Program-made: the position numbers and the translations under genes
In this document: positions 10,468-20,671 of the stretch, piece by piece
How the letters are laid out: each line of letters starts with the position of its first letter
How positions within the stretch are numbered: the first letter of the stretch is position 1
The notes under the pieces: generated by a model
The model's input: the letters and a program-made list of their open reading frames with translations, nothing else
Databases searched by the model: none
What the model was told of the DNA's origin: nothing
Source of the DNA: Candidatus Sulfomarinibacteraceae bacterium
GTDB lineage: Bacteria > Acidobacteriota > Thermoanaerobaculia > Thermoanaerobaculales > Sulfomarinibacteraceae
Assembly (NCBI GenBank): GCA_963796455.1
Contig: CAWCLO010000004.1
Location: 192,001-256,000 of the forward strand
Reading direction: 5' to 3'
DNA length: 64,000 nt

Positions 10468-11913
10468 TCAGGGTTGGGTTCCCGTCCAGGCCGAGGTGCT
10501 GCCGCCTTCGAAACTGTCTTCGAAGATCCCGGTGAACTCGTAGGCACCCAGATCGGTCTGCGCGCTGCCATCCCCATTGCCGTCAACCGGTCGCAAGACA
10601 CCGATGGCGTCTTTGTCCGCGCCATCGGCATCGCTGCCTGCGTCGATGGCTGGCGATGGCGGAGTGGGGTCGAAGGAATGGGATGCCGGTGCCCTGAGCA
10701 ATGGGTCCACCTGGATCGAGTTCTGCCCCCAGCCATATGGGTTCGCCTGTTGAAACTCGGCCACGGTGTCCACGTTCCACGGCGGCCAGATCACCACATT
10801 CTGACGATTTGGCGACCACATGAGGTTGGAGCCTGTTGCGACCGTGCTGAGGTCTCCGTCCCTTTCATAATCAAAAATGAGGAGGGCGGGGCCGCCCTCA
10901 CGGGAAACGAGGATGTTGTTGTGTGCCGACAACTGATTGCCCCGGAGCGACAGTTCACCCGTTCCGTTGTTGCGGCCGAGGCTGTTCTGCCAACAGGTGT
11001 TGTTGCGGATGGTGGCGCCGTCGCTTTGGTAAATAAGGATGCACCAACCTTCGTTGTCCCAGATCACGTTGTTTTCGATCAAGGCACCACCGAGTTCAAA
11101 ACAACTGTCCATGATGATGCCGTGACCTTCGGTCTCGTCGGGGTGCTCGTCGGTATTGGCCCAGATACGGTTGCCGCGGATGACGTTTTCATCTTCGCAT
11201 TGCCAGAGATTGACCGCGCTGGTCCAGCCACCGATCGGGTTGTCATGGATTGATGAATTCTCGAGGGTGATGCGCCCGGCGTAGTTGGTTGAAAACGCCG
11301 CGTTCACACACCCGCTGATGTCGAGATCGCTGAGGGTGACATCGCTCGTCCGGTTGACGTAGACACAGATATCGGTGAATCCGCCGCTCACTTCGAAACC
11401 CGAGACCTCGATGAAACGAGGCGTGACACCCGTGCACTGTCCGACCACGATGCCCATTTCCGCCCCGCCGGCGGGCGAGAGGGCGACCCGTTCGCCCGGT
11501 TCGGCAACGAATTTGATCGGGTTTTGCGCCGTCCCGCTGACCACGACCTCCAGGACACTGGGCGAGCAACACAGAGGACAGGTGTTTCTTTCGGTATAGA
11601 CGCCGCCACGAACATGTACGGTATCGCCGGGTTGAACCAGGGTGGCGGGTGGGATCAGCGTGCACCACGGGGTTGATTTCGTGACCTGGGCACGGGAACG
11701 GGCGTCGCTGCATTGCCCGCCGAGCGAGTCACGATCGACCCACAGATCCGCTGCCATCGCCGGTGGAATGAAAAACAGAATTGCGAAAAGCCAACCGATC
11801 GCTGCAAATGTATGCGGCCGCAACAGATTCGGTCGCGAGAAGCACTCTGCAGACCTGACCCGAAAACCCTTCGGGCACAAGATGCACGGTGCATGCGGGC
11901 GGTTATGGTTCAC
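10468..11913 (-). CDS. Secreted beta-helix protein (paralog 2)
   Basis: Same motifs as paralog 1, ends IFEDSFEGGSTSAWT. Start estimated at the GTG at 11913 after AAGGA; the longer listed ORF overlaps the neighbouring gene. Confidence 0.8.
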   Translation of the reverse strand: MNHNRPHAPCILCPKGFRVRSAECFSRPNLLRPHTFAAIGWLFAILFFIPPAMAADLWVDRDSLGGQCSDARSRAQVTKSTPWCTLIPPATLVQPGDTVHVRGGVYTERNTCPLCCSPSVLEVVVSGTAQNPIKFVAEPGERVALSPAGGAEMGIVVGQCTGVTPRFIEVSGFEVSGGFTDICVYVNRTSDVTLSDLDISGCVNAAFSTNYAGRITLENSSIHDNPIGGWTSAVNLWQCEDENVIRGNRIWANTDEHPDETEGHGIIMDSCFELGGALIENNVIWDNEGWCILIYQSDGATIRNNTCWQNSLGRNNGTGELSLRGNQLSAHNNILVSREGGPALLIFDYERDGDLSTVATGSNLMWSPNRQNVVIWPPWNVDTVAEFQQANPYGWGQNSIQVDPLLRAPASHSFDPTPPSPAIDAGSDADGADKDAIGVLRPVDGNGDGSAQTDLGAYEFTGIFEDSFEGGSTSAWTGTQP

Positions 11914-11963
11914 TGGCAGATCCTTGTTGAAAGATAGCACAAAACCGGGCGAACAACCGTGGA

Positions 11964-13514
11964 TCATGGGGAGGGTTGGGATCGCCTGGCCCGGATCCTC
12001 ATGGATGACAGCGATTTCGCCAAATCTTCGATTCTTTTTCGACCGAAGGGATTCCGGCCGGGCGAGGTGCTCATTCGAGCCTTTTCGAGCTCGGCAACGA
12101 CCCGGTCGAAAGGGGCATCCACGGTCACGAGTTCCCCGTCGATACTGATTCGCGCAATGTTCGCGACGCCTCGTGCCACCCTTTCGGCCGCAACTACAGA
12201 CAATGAGGGCGAGTCGGGCGATGAGGTCAGAACTGCGGTGATGTTCTGTTCGACTGCGGATCTGAAACGAGGCCGCAAGGCTGACATTTTTTCGTGAAAG
12301 ACCACCATCTGATCGGCCCCGCCGGCGGCCGATCGTGACGCCAGACCGGCCAGCGGCTGCCGCATCTCTTCCATCACGATCGCGAGGTCGGAGTCGGCTC
12401 CCTCGACGATCTCGTCTCCGGCGCCCAATGAAGAAAACCAACTCATGATCCCGTTGGCAAAGGATATGAATCGTCCAGGTCGGTCATCGGGTGTTGATTC
12501 TGCGCCGGGCCACCAGATATTGAAACCAAATGGGGTGTTTCGGTCGCTCTCATCGCCGAACTGCAGGTCGAAAGGAGGGCGGCCGGTGCGGGGGAAAGCC
12601 ATATTCCCGGCGATATCCAGGTTTGTACCGAGCACCGAGAGCTCACCAGTGTCGTTTCCGCGCCCCAGCCCATTGCCCACACAGGTGTTGTTGCGAACGG
12701 TCACATTCGAGGAATGGAAAACGTGGACACACCACCCCTCGTTGTCCCAGATGACGTTGTCTTCGACGATCGCGCCTCCCCAGTCCTCGCAATAGTCGAG
12801 GATGATGCCGTGTCCCTCGGTCTCGCGAGCGTCCTCGTCGGTGTTGCTCCAGATCGCGTTTCTCCGCAGGATGTTTCCGTCCTGGCAGGTCCACAGGGAT
12901 ATGGCGCTGATCCAGCCCTCGAGTGCGTTATGGTGGATGCGGCTGTCCTCGATCGTCACTCGCGCCGAGTGTTGGGTGCCGATGGCCCCCCAGCGACAAT
13001 TAGTGACCTCGATATTTTTGAGGACAACATCACCGGTGCCTTCGATCATGACGCCGAGTTGATCGAAGTCCCGGATCTCGATATTCGAGACCTCGATATG
13101 ACGAGGTTGGAAGTCCTGATTTCCGGCGACCAGGACCCCGTAGTCGGCACCACCCGAGCCCGAGAAGACCACTGATTCTCCCGTTTCGCCCATAAAAATG
13201 ATTGGTGCCTCCGGAGTCCCGCTGACAACCATCTGCAAGACCGCCGAGTCCCAGCAATGTTCGTTTCCGGTGTGAATCGCGGTGTATTCGCCGCCTCGAA
13301 TGTGGACCACGTCTCCCGGCTGGACGTTGTTTGCCGCCTGCTTGAGCGTGCACCACGGTTCCGAGCGGCTCACATCGGATCGATCCCGGTGATCGGAACA
13401 GATCCCGCCTGTGGAGTCTTGATCGACCCAAAGGACTGCCGCTACAGCAACGGGACTCCACCAAAGGATCGCTACCGCAATCACCCGTGTGGCGATCGTC
13501 GGCAGTTGCGTCAT
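11964..13514 (-). CDS. Secreted beta-helix protein (paralog 3) with a divergent C-terminus
   Basis: LWVD..GG.CSD, PWCTL, ETEGHGIILDYC, NEGWC shared. The anchor-Q tail is replaced by an unrelated helical region. Confidence 0.8.
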   Translation of the reverse strand: MTQLPTIATRVIAVAILWWSPVAVAAVLWVDQDSTGGICSDHRDRSDVSRSEPWCTLKQAANNVQPGDVVHIRGGEYTAIHTGNEHCWDSAVLQMVVSGTPEAPIIFMGETGESVVFSGSGGADYGVLVAGNQDFQPRHIEVSNIEIRDFDQLGVMIEGTGDVVLKNIEVTNCRWGAIGTQHSARVTIEDSRIHHNALEGWISAISLWTCQDGNILRRNAIWSNTDEDARETEGHGIILDYCEDWGGAIVEDNVIWDNEGWCVHVFHSSNVTVRNNTCVGNGLGRGNDTGELSVLGTNLDIAGNMAFPRTGRPPFDLQFGDESDRNTPFGFNIWWPGAESTPDDRPGRFISFANGIMSWFSSLGAGDEIVEGADSDLAIVMEEMRQPLAGLASRSAAGGADQMVVFHEKMSALRPRFRSAVEQNITAVLTSSPDSPSLSVVAAERVARGVANIARISIDGELVTVDAPFDRVVAELEKARMSTSPGRNPFGRKRIEDLAKSLSSMRIRARRSQPSP

Positions 13515-13520
13515 CTGGCC

Positions 13521-15047
13521 TCAGTCCTGGTTTGCGGAGTCTCGTTCGCTCCGCTGGACGCCCCGGGTTCGCGATTCTTTCCCGCTTTGTTGCGGGCGGA
13601 TCCTCCGGTCGACGCCGTCGTTGCGGTTTCGGATCAGCGGGTTGTATTCGTAGGCGCCTCGGTCGGAGGTTGCGCGACCGTCCCTGTCCCCATCGAGAGG
13701 CCGCGATTGTCCGACGGAATCGAATGCGGGAGACATGGAGTCGGTGGCGCTGTCGATGGCGGGGGACTCGCTCGATAATCTGAAATCGCCGAATGAAGGG
13801 GCGAGGAGTTTCGGGTCCTCCTCGATCGTGTTTTCGTCGAGACCATATTTCTCGTTTGCGTAGAGGGTGATGCCTCGAAATTCGCTCGAGTGACGAGCAG
13901 TCTTGGCCGTCTCTGGCGACCAGAAGATGTTGAAATCGGATACGATCGTGTCCGGGTTGCCACCGTCCCACATCTGAAAAGCCTGGGTTCCGTATCTGGC
14001 CACCAGAATGTTGTTGTGGACGGCGATCTCGTTGCCGACCGCCAGGATTTCTCCGGTGCCGTCGTATCGTTCTCGACTGTTTCGGTAGCACGTATTGTTC
14101 CGGACGGTGGCGTTCGAACTGAAGAAGACGTTGATGCACCAGCCTTCATTGTCCGAGATGACATTGTTCTCGACCAGCGCGCTCGCGGTGGATTCGCAGT
14201 AGTCCAGGATGATGCCGTGGCCTTCGGATTCGCGCCAATCTTCGTCGGTGTTGGCCCAGATGAAATTTCCCCGAAGGATATTTTCTCCCGTGCATTCCCA
14301 GAGGCTGATGGCGCTCGTCCAGCCCTCGAGGGCGTTGTCGTGGATGCTCGACGACTCGATGGTCACGCTGTTGGATTGAATAGACCCGATCGCCCCCCAC
14401 CTGCAACCGGAAACATCCAATTTTCTGAGGGTGATGTCGGAGGCGCCGGTGATCATCACTCCGACCTCCGGAAAACCTTCGACGACAAAACCTTCGACGA
14501 CCACGTGACGCGGGGTAAAACCGGTGCCTGCGGCCGCGAGGATGCCATGCTCGGCTCCACCGCCGCTGCCAAGGGTCACCGTTTCACCCGGAAACGCCTT
14601 CCAGAGGATTGGAGCTTGTTGTGTGCCGCTGATCACCACCTGAAGAACCGCTGCGTTCCAGGCCTGGGGATGATCGGTGAGGATCTCCGTGTAGAGGCCT
14701 TCGCGAACGTACACCACGTCTCCTGGCTGGACCCTGTTGCCAGCCACTCCGATGGTGCACCAGGGCGCCGTAACGCTTACGTCCTGCCGGCTCCGGCCGT
14801 CGCTGCATTGGCCTCCGTAGGAGTTGCGATCCACCCACAGGTCGTTTGCTGCAACCGTCGCACCGCTGAGCACAACCGCAACGAGCGCCAGAATGCATCG
14901 CCGAATTCGGCCCGATCGCGGCGCGGAGCGTCCTGAAGAAGGACCCAGCGTCGGGCTTCTGTGCAGTCGGTGGGATGTGTGTAAATGCGTCATGATGCCA
15001 CGATTCAAAGCCGACCTGCCGCTCGATTCGGAGAGCAGACCATTCAA
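13521..15047 (-). CDS. Secreted beta-helix protein (paralog 4)
   Basis: Same motifs, anchor-Q-like tail, ends with ..DRRIRP.. Start uncertain. Confidence 0.8.
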   Translation of the reverse strand: MNGLLSESSGRSALNRGIMTHLHTSHRLHRSPTLGPSSGRSAPRSGRIRRCILALVAVVLSGATVAANDLWVDRNSYGGQCSDGRSRQDVSVTAPWCTIGVAGNRVQPGDVVYVREGLYTEILTDHPQAWNAAVLQVVISGTQQAPILWKAFPGETVTLGSGGGAEHGILAAAGTGFTPRHVVVEGFVVEGFPEVGVMITGASDITLRKLDVSGCRWGAIGSIQSNSVTIESSSIHDNALEGWTSAISLWECTGENILRGNFIWANTDEDWRESEGHGIILDYCESTASALVENNVISDNEGWCINVFFSSNATVRNNTCYRNSRERYDGTGEILAVGNEIAVHNNILVARYGTQAFQMWDGGNPDTIVSDFNIFWSPETAKTARHSSEFRGITLYANEKYGLDENTIEEDPKLLAPSFGDFRLSSESPAIDSATDSMSPAFDSVGQSRPLDGDRDGRATSDRGAYEYNPLIRNRNDGVDRRIRPQQSGKESRTRGVQRSERDSANQD

Positions 15048-15204
15048 CTCGTCCTCTCGAGCGGGATAACCCCTGAACTATATAGGATATTGCACTCTCG
15101 GGGAGCGGTGTCGTCGTTAAAAAAGGGTCAAAATTCTTTTTGCGAGAGAGGGGCCGGTGGGTTGTCGTGTATCCGATCCGCCGGATTCGGCAGATCCGGG
15201 TCGC

Positions 15205-15235
15205 AAATGAAATGCCCCGGCTCGAGGCCGGGGCA
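15205..15235 (-). terminator. Intrinsic terminator after the M56 peptidase gene
   Basis: TGCCCCGG/CCGGGGCA stem followed by TTTCATTT on the minus strand. Confidence 0.6.
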
Positions 15236-15262
15236 GGATATCGGTTCCGATGAATCGATGGG

Positions 15263-17188
15263 TCAGTTCATGCTGATCGTCAATGGTGACAGACCGATCA
15301 CGGTGTCTTCGATGGCGCTGTCGAAGTTGCTCTGCGTGCCGATTCGTTGATCGGAGAAGAGGTCGGTCAAGATCTGCCGCGTCTCCGTTTTTGATGCTCT
15401 GAATCGAATCATCTCGTCGTCGACATTGATGTGGGCGTCGTCGACGATTCGTTGGGCAGCTTCGGAGAAATCGGCGTCCGGCGCCGTCACGCTGCCAAGT
15501 TTCTCGCGTAGATAGGACTCCACCTCGGTTTCGAGCGCATCCTCAAACCGTTCACCCAGACGTTCCATCTCCTCGTGGAAGGGCTCCATTTCTTTGTGGA
15601 TCTTCTCCATCTGCTCGTGGAAAGGCTCCATGTCGATGTGGATCTGTTCCATCTGCGCGTGGATGGGCTCCATATCGATGTGGACCTCGGCCATCTCTTC
15701 GTGGAGGTGCTCCATCTCCTGGTGGATTTGCTCCATCTGTTCGTGGAAGGGCTCAAGATTGACGTGGAGGTCTTCGAGTTGACTCATGTGGATCGACATC
15801 TGTTCGTGGATCTGCTCCTGGACCTCCGCAAGGGTTCCGTCTTCGATGTGGATCTGGATGCCTTCGAGCTGTTGTTGCAGTCCGTCCATCTTGACCACAA
15901 AGGGCTCCATGTCGATTTCGATGGCCTCGAGGCGTTCGAGGTATGGCTCCATCTTTGCTTCGATTTCTGCAATTTTTTCGTCATCGATGGTGATCTCGAT
16001 ATCCGAAAGCATCTCGATCTGGGGCTCCATATCGATCTGGATGTCTTCGATCGTCGCCAGGAACGGTTCCATCTTTGCTTCGATGCTAGCCATCTCGGTG
16101 GCGATTTGTTTGAGCTCTGATCCCGCCTCTCTAGGTTGCGGATCACTCGGGTAGACGGCTGCCAATGCCGGGACCATGGCAGCCATGGCGATGATTGCGG
16201 GAATCAGAACCGCGGTACCGACGCGGCGGTGATTTTTGTGGTCGAGAATACTCATGATGCGTTCCTCCATGTGGGTTCTGCGAGCCATCCCCAGTGCCGG
16301 GATGGCGGGAGCGGGACACGGCAAAGCGTTACGGGCGATGCCGAGCAGGTGGCAGGCATAACTCGAAGCGCGGGTTCCGAGGGCGATGACCTCCTCGTCA
16401 CACGCGAGTTCTTGTTCGAGATCGAGTCGTCGGGTGGCCCACCACGCGAGCGGGTTGAACCAATAGGCGGCTCGGGTGAGCCGGGCAATCGTTCGCATGG
16501 GCCAATCGAATCGGGCGATATGAACCGTTTCGTGGAGCAGCACGGCCTGGCGGCGCCCCCAGACCCATCGCTCGGCACCCAGGGGCAGCACGATGGCCGG
16601 TCTGAAAACGCCGACGGTGGCGGGGATCTCGACTTCGGTGCTGGTCAGGAGCCGGATTTTTCGACGACACCCGGTCTGCTCGCGCGCTGCCGCCAGCATG
16701 CCGAGCCAATGGGCATCATCCACAACACTGGAAGCTCGGAGGCACGATGTCATCCGCCACAGACCGATGGCGAGCCGAAGCAACATGAGCCCGAATCCGA
16801 CAGCCCAGACGGCAAGGATGGTCGCCTTCCAGTTGATCGGCGGGGTGTTTCGGGCCGGTGGAGCGGTGACGGAGAACTCCGGGATGTGAACGACTCCCGA
16901 GTGCCCGCCGACTATATCCTCGCTGATCTGGAGATCGATGCGTGCTGTGGTCTGAACCGCCTGGTCGGCGGTAGCCCACTGCGCGAGGCCTTCCGGCACC
17001 GGTAGCGACAGTTCCGGAAGGAAGGGCGCCACGGCCGGAATCACCAGACATCCCGCCAAGGCGGTTCCCCACACCGCGGCCCGAAGCCGGGCCGACCGGT
17101 TGCGAAGGGCGAAGGCGAACCCGCCGGCCGCTATCAACAACAACAGGGCCTTGAGCGACCCCAGTACCAGGGTCAGGATCGTGGTCAT
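15263..17188 (-). CDS. M56 (BlaR1/MecR1-like) membrane metallopeptidase with a His/Met/Glu-rich repeat C-terminal domain
   Basis: TM helices, LLHETVHIARFD, WFNPLAW, EQELACD, RIMSIL; then 14-aa EPFHEQMEQIHxxM repeats. Confidence 0.9.
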   Translation of the reverse strand: MTTILTLVLGSLKALLLLIAAGGFAFALRNRSARLRAAVWGTALAGCLVIPAVAPFLPELSLPVPEGLAQWATADQAVQTTARIDLQISEDIVGGHSGVVHIPEFSVTAPPARNTPPINWKATILAVWAVGFGLMLLRLAIGLWRMTSCLRASSVVDDAHWLGMLAAAREQTGCRRKIRLLTSTEVEIPATVGVFRPAIVLPLGAERWVWGRRQAVLLHETVHIARFDWPMRTIARLTRAAYWFNPLAWWATRRLDLEQELACDEEVIALGTRASSYACHLLGIARNALPCPAPAIPALGMARRTHMEERIMSILDHKNHRRVGTAVLIPAIIAMAAMVPALAAVYPSDPQPREAGSELKQIATEMASIEAKMEPFLATIEDIQIDMEPQIEMLSDIEITIDDEKIAEIEAKMEPYLERLEAIEIDMEPFVVKMDGLQQQLEGIQIHIEDGTLAEVQEQIHEQMSIHMSQLEDLHVNLEPFHEQMEQIHQEMEHLHEEMAEVHIDMEPIHAQMEQIHIDMEPFHEQMEKIHKEMEPFHEEMERLGERFEDALETEVESYLREKLGSVTAPDADFSEAAQRIVDDAHINVDDEMIRFRASKTETRQILTDLFSDQRIGTQSNFDSAIEDTVIGLSPLTISMN

Positions 17189-17574
17189 TGGTTTTCCTCC
17201 CGCCGCACCGCGTCGATCCTTCGTGCCAGGCGTCGCAGGGCCTCTTCATCCAATTGATCACTCTCGAGGTCGAGGAGGGCCGCCATGGCGCCCTCGGGGG
17301 AGCCGCCGAAAAAGGTCCGGACCAGGCGGCGGAGCGCATTTTCACTGGCTTCCTCGTGCGGAACTGTCGGTAGAAACACGTACCGGGGGCCGTCCTGTTC
17401 GTGGCGGATGTGGCCCTTTTCTTCGAGAATCCGGAGCATTGCCCGGACCGCCGAGTACGATGGGGGATCCGGCATCCGCTCGCGGACCTCGGCCGAGGTC
17501 ACCCGGCCCATTTCGTACACGATCCCCATGATCTGTCGTTCGCGCCGGCTCAGATCTGCGGTGTCTGCTGTCAT
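17185..17574 (-). CDS. BlaI/MecI/CopY family repressor
   Basis: LSRRERQIM..SYSAVRAMLRILEEKGH..FFGGS. ATGA overlap with the M56 gene. Confidence 0.93.
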   Translation of the reverse strand: MTADTADLSRRERQIMGIVYEMGRVTSAEVRERMPDPPSYSAVRAMLRILEEKGHIRHEQDGPRYVFLPTVPHEEASENALRRLVRTFFGGSPEGAMAALLDLESDQLDEEALRRLARRIDAVRREENQ

Positions 17575-17616
17575 CGGTCCTCCACGTTCGGTCTGATGTC
17601 GATGGCCATCGACTGG

Positions 17617-17670
17617 TGCTAATAAATTAGCATCATGCTAAGAATCTAGCACCTGATATTGATTTGTCAA
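17617..17670 (-). promoter_or_regulatory. Sigma70-like promoter overlapped by a tandem palindromic operator
   Basis: TTGACA-16bp-TAGATT on the minus strand; TGCTA-N6-TAGCA at 17617-17632 and 17636-17651. Confidence 0.75.
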
Positions 17671-17735
17671 GACCCGTTCCAGTTTTCTTTACGGAATTTG
17701 GTGGTTCGGGGTTCGGATCCGCGGGGGATTCCGAA

Positions 17736-17805
17736 GTGCAGCCGGGACGGCTGCACCACCATGGCGCTCAGCTGTTTATCCTGGTGGTGCAGGCGTCCCG
17801 CCTGC
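17736..17805. repeat. REP doublet (REPIN-like), left of RAYT
   Basis: Two inverted GTGG-type palindromes; these 70 bp are identical to 18461-18530. Confidence 0.9.
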
Positions 17806-17841
17806 CCATTTTCGCTGTGGCGATGCAATACTGAGTAAAGA

Positions 17842-18456
17842 ATGACTCCCGAAAATAGACGCGGACCGCTTTTCCCCGAACGGTTTGTCGACCCGAAGTC
17901 GCGACCCTTCACATCGACGAAATGGAGGGGAAACCTGCCGCACATCTACAAAGAAGGCGGCACATACTTCGTTACATTTTGTCTTTTTGATGCGATGAAC
18001 CGCGGACGAAAAGGGCCAGAACGCTCCGACGATTGGACCGCCGTCGCAGAGAGCCTCGATACGGACCCAAGTATTGGTGCATGCATTCTGAGACGCCCGA
18101 CGATCGCGGGTTTGGTGGAAGGGGCACTCCTTTATTTTCAGGGTGAACGGTATTTGCTGAGCGCCTGGTGTGTGATGCCGAACCATGTCCATTGCGTGGT
18201 AACACCGGCTTCAGATCACGACCTGTCGAATGTTCTTCACTCATGGAAATCGTATACGGGTCATGCGATCAACAAACGGCTCAACCGGGAAGGCGTGGTG
18301 TGGCAGCAGGAGTCGTTCGATCATTTCGTTCGGAACCCGAGTGCCTTTGAACGCTTTGTCGCTTACACCGAAAACAACCCAGTGACCGCCGGGTTGTGTG
18401 ATCGTCCGGAAGATTGGTTGTTCAGCAGCGCAAGGCATCGGGGAAACCCGGGATGA
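17842..18456 (+). mobile_element. REP-associated tyrosine transposase (RAYT, Y1 HUH family)
   Basis: NLPH..TYFVTFCL, VMPNHVH (HUH), SWKSYT, WQQESFDH, YTENNPV, WLFSS; flanked by REP doublets. Confidence 0.92.
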
Positions 18457-18460
18457 TTTT

Positions 18461-18532
18461 GTGCAGCCGGGACGGCTGCACCACCATGGCGCTCAGCTGT
18501 TTATCCTGGTGGTGCAGGCGTCCCGCCTGCAC
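18461..18532. repeat. REP doublet, right of RAYT
   Basis: Direct repeat of 17736-17805. Confidence 0.9.
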
Positions 18533-18536
18533 AGGC

Positions 18537-19115
18537 TTACTCGTCGAAAAGAAAGGTCTTCGTGTCGACCACCTTGGCGTAGGTCCGGTCGAGGGTCGCC
18601 AGGGTGGAGGCGTGGACATCGGCCGCCGGCACGACACGATCGCCGTAGCTGAGGTCTCTGGTCGCACAGGCATCGCCCACCACAATGCATTCGAAACCGT
18701 TGTCGGCGGCGGCTCTGGTGGCCGCCTCGAGGCACATGTGGGTCTGCATCCCGACGATCACCAGCCTATCGATACCGAGGTTTTTGAGGTGGGCCAGAAC
18801 CTCGGTGCCTTTGAAACAGCTGACTTCCGTCTTGGTGAAGACCTTTTCACCATCAAGCGGCGCCACGCTCGCGTGGATCGCGCCCCCCGGTTCAAATTCG
18901 TGGCGGACATGGATCACGGGCCTGCCGTCAGCTCGAAACGCCGCCAGAACACGGCCCGCATTTCGGGCCGCAGCCTCGGGTTCGACCAGCGGCACCTTGC
19001 CTCCCGGGAAATAGAAATCCTGAATGTCGATGATCAACAGAGCCGTTGTGGGCTCCGAAGCCCACAACGGTGCCGCCAGCGCCAGCAGAAGCACCGCGAT
19101 CACAAGTGATTTCAT
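18537..19115 (-). CDS. Isochorismatase-family cysteine hydrolase with a signal peptide
   Basis: ALLIIDIQ, GMQTHMC, DACAT. Confidence 0.9.
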   Translation of the reverse strand: MKSLVIAVLLLALAAPLWASEPTTALLIIDIQDFYFPGGKVPLVEPEAAARNAGRVLAAFRADGRPVIHVRHEFEPGGAIHASVAPLDGEKVFTKTEVSCFKGTEVLAHLKNLGIDRLVIVGMQTHMCLEAATRAAADNGFECIVVGDACATRDLSYGDRVVPAADVHASTLATLDRTYAKVVDTKTFLFDE

Positions 19116-19123
19116 GACGCCCC

Positions 19124-20494
19124 CTATTCGGGTTTCGGCAGGCCTTCCATCACCGCCAGCGAGCGCTCCATGACTTCCGGCGGCAGCGGGTAGTTCTTGA
19201 GGTCACCCGCAAAATAGGCCGCATATCCGGCGAGGTCCATCAGACCGTGGCCGGAGTAGTTGAAGAGGATGGTCTTTTCCTTGCCCTCCTCCTTCGCCTT
19301 TTTGGCCTCGTTGATCGCGGCCGCAATGGCGTGGCTGGTTTCAGGTGCCGGGATGATCCCCTCGGTCCGGGCAAAGGTCACCGCCGCTTCATAGCACTCG
19401 AGCTGCGCAACGGCTGTCGGAGCCATGAGCCCGCTCCGGACGCTGGCAGAAACCAGTGGGGCCATCCCGTGGTAACGGAGCCCGCCGGCATGAATGGCCG
19501 GCGGAATGAACTCGTGTCCGAGCGAATACATCGCCAGTAGCGGCGTCATTTTCGCGGTGTCGCCGTGGTCGTATGCGTAGGGCGCCTTGGTGAGCGTCGG
19601 GCAGGCCTCCGGTTCGACCGGGATGATGTCGATCTCCGCCCCATTGATCTTGTCGGCGACAAAGGGGAAAGAGAGACCGGCCAGATTGGAGCCGCCTCCG
19701 GCACATCCGATGACCACATCGGGTTTGTCGATGCCTGCGATCGCGAGCTGTTTCTTTGCCTCGAGACCGATGATGGACTGGTGGAGCATCACGAAGTTGA
19801 GCACACTTCCGAGCGAGTAACGGGTCGTACCGCTGGTGTCCGTCACCGCGGCTTCGATGGCTTCCGAGATCGCGATGCCGAGGCTGCCGGGAGTGTCGGG
19901 CATCTTTTCGAGAATTCCGCGCCCGACCTGAGTCTCCGGCGACGGCGAGGGCACGCAGCGGGCGCCCCAGGTTTCCATCATGGTCTTGCGGAAGGGCTTT
20001 TGGTCAAAGCTGACGCGAACCATCCATACATCGACCTGAATGCCGAGAAGCTGGCCCGCAAAGGCGAGGGCCGAACCCCACTGACCGGCGCCGGTCTCGG
20101 TGGTCAGCCTCTTGATGCCGAACTCCTTGTTGTACCAGGCCTGGGCCACCGCGGTGTTCGGTTTGTGGCTACCGGCCGGAGAAACGCTTTCGTCCTTGTA
20201 GAAGATCTTGGCCGGCGTCCCGAGGTGTTTCTCCAGGGCGTAGGCGCGGCGGAGCGGAGTGGGCCGCCAGCGCGCATAGATCTCGAGGATCTCCTCGGGA
20301 ATATCAATCCAGCGTTCGGTGGAGACCTCCTGCTCGATGAGGTTCATCGGAAAGACCGGAGCCAGCATTTCGGGCCCGATCGGGTTTCCATCTGGACCGA
20401 GGGGTGGTGGCGGCGGTTGCGGAAGGTCGGCGGCCAGGTTGTACCACTGGCGCGGCATTTCTTGGGTTGACAGGGTGATTTTTGGGTCGTTCAT
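19124..20494 (-). CDS. trpB2: TrpB-like PLP enzyme (TrpB2)
   Basis: [32 protein letters not shown]. Start MNDPK after AAGGAGG. Confidence 0.93.
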   Translation of the reverse strand: MNDPKITLSTQEMPRQWYNLAADLPQPPPPPLGPDGNPIGPEMLAPVFPMNLIEQEVSTERWIDIPEEILEIYARWRPTPLRRAYALEKHLGTPAKIFYKDESVSPAGSHKPNTAVAQAWYNKEFGIKRLTTETGAGQWGSALAFAGQLLGIQVDVWMVRVSFDQKPFRKTMMETWGARCVPSPSPETQVGRGILEKMPDTPGSLGIAISEAIEAAVTDTSGTTRYSLGSVLNFVMLHQSIIGLEAKKQLAIAGIDKPDVVIGCAGGGSNLAGLSFPFVADKINGAEIDIIPVEPEACPTLTKAPYAYDHGDTAKMTPLLAMYSLGHEFIPPAIHAGGLRYHGMAPLVSASVRSGLMAPTAVAQLECYEAAVTFARTEGIIPAPETSHAIAAAINEAKKAKEEGKEKTILFNYSGHGLMDLAGYAAYFAGDLKNYPLPPEVMERSLAVMEGLPKPE

Positions 20495-20671
20495 TTCGGC
20501 GCCCTCCTTCGAGAATAAAACCCCGCCGCCGCTCCATCGATCGGCGACGAATTGAAGGGCCGATCCTAACATTTCCGCCGTTCACCCGGTACATACCGCC
20601 ACTCGCCGAAATTGCCGTGACAGCCGAAGCGCCAACGACCATGTTGGAGGTGACGGAAAAAGGAGGCAAAA

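Noticed and set aside
11914..12441. N-terminal extension of the 657-aa ORF
   Set aside because: It overlaps paralog 3 in another frame and has no family similarity; the signal peptide starts near 11913.
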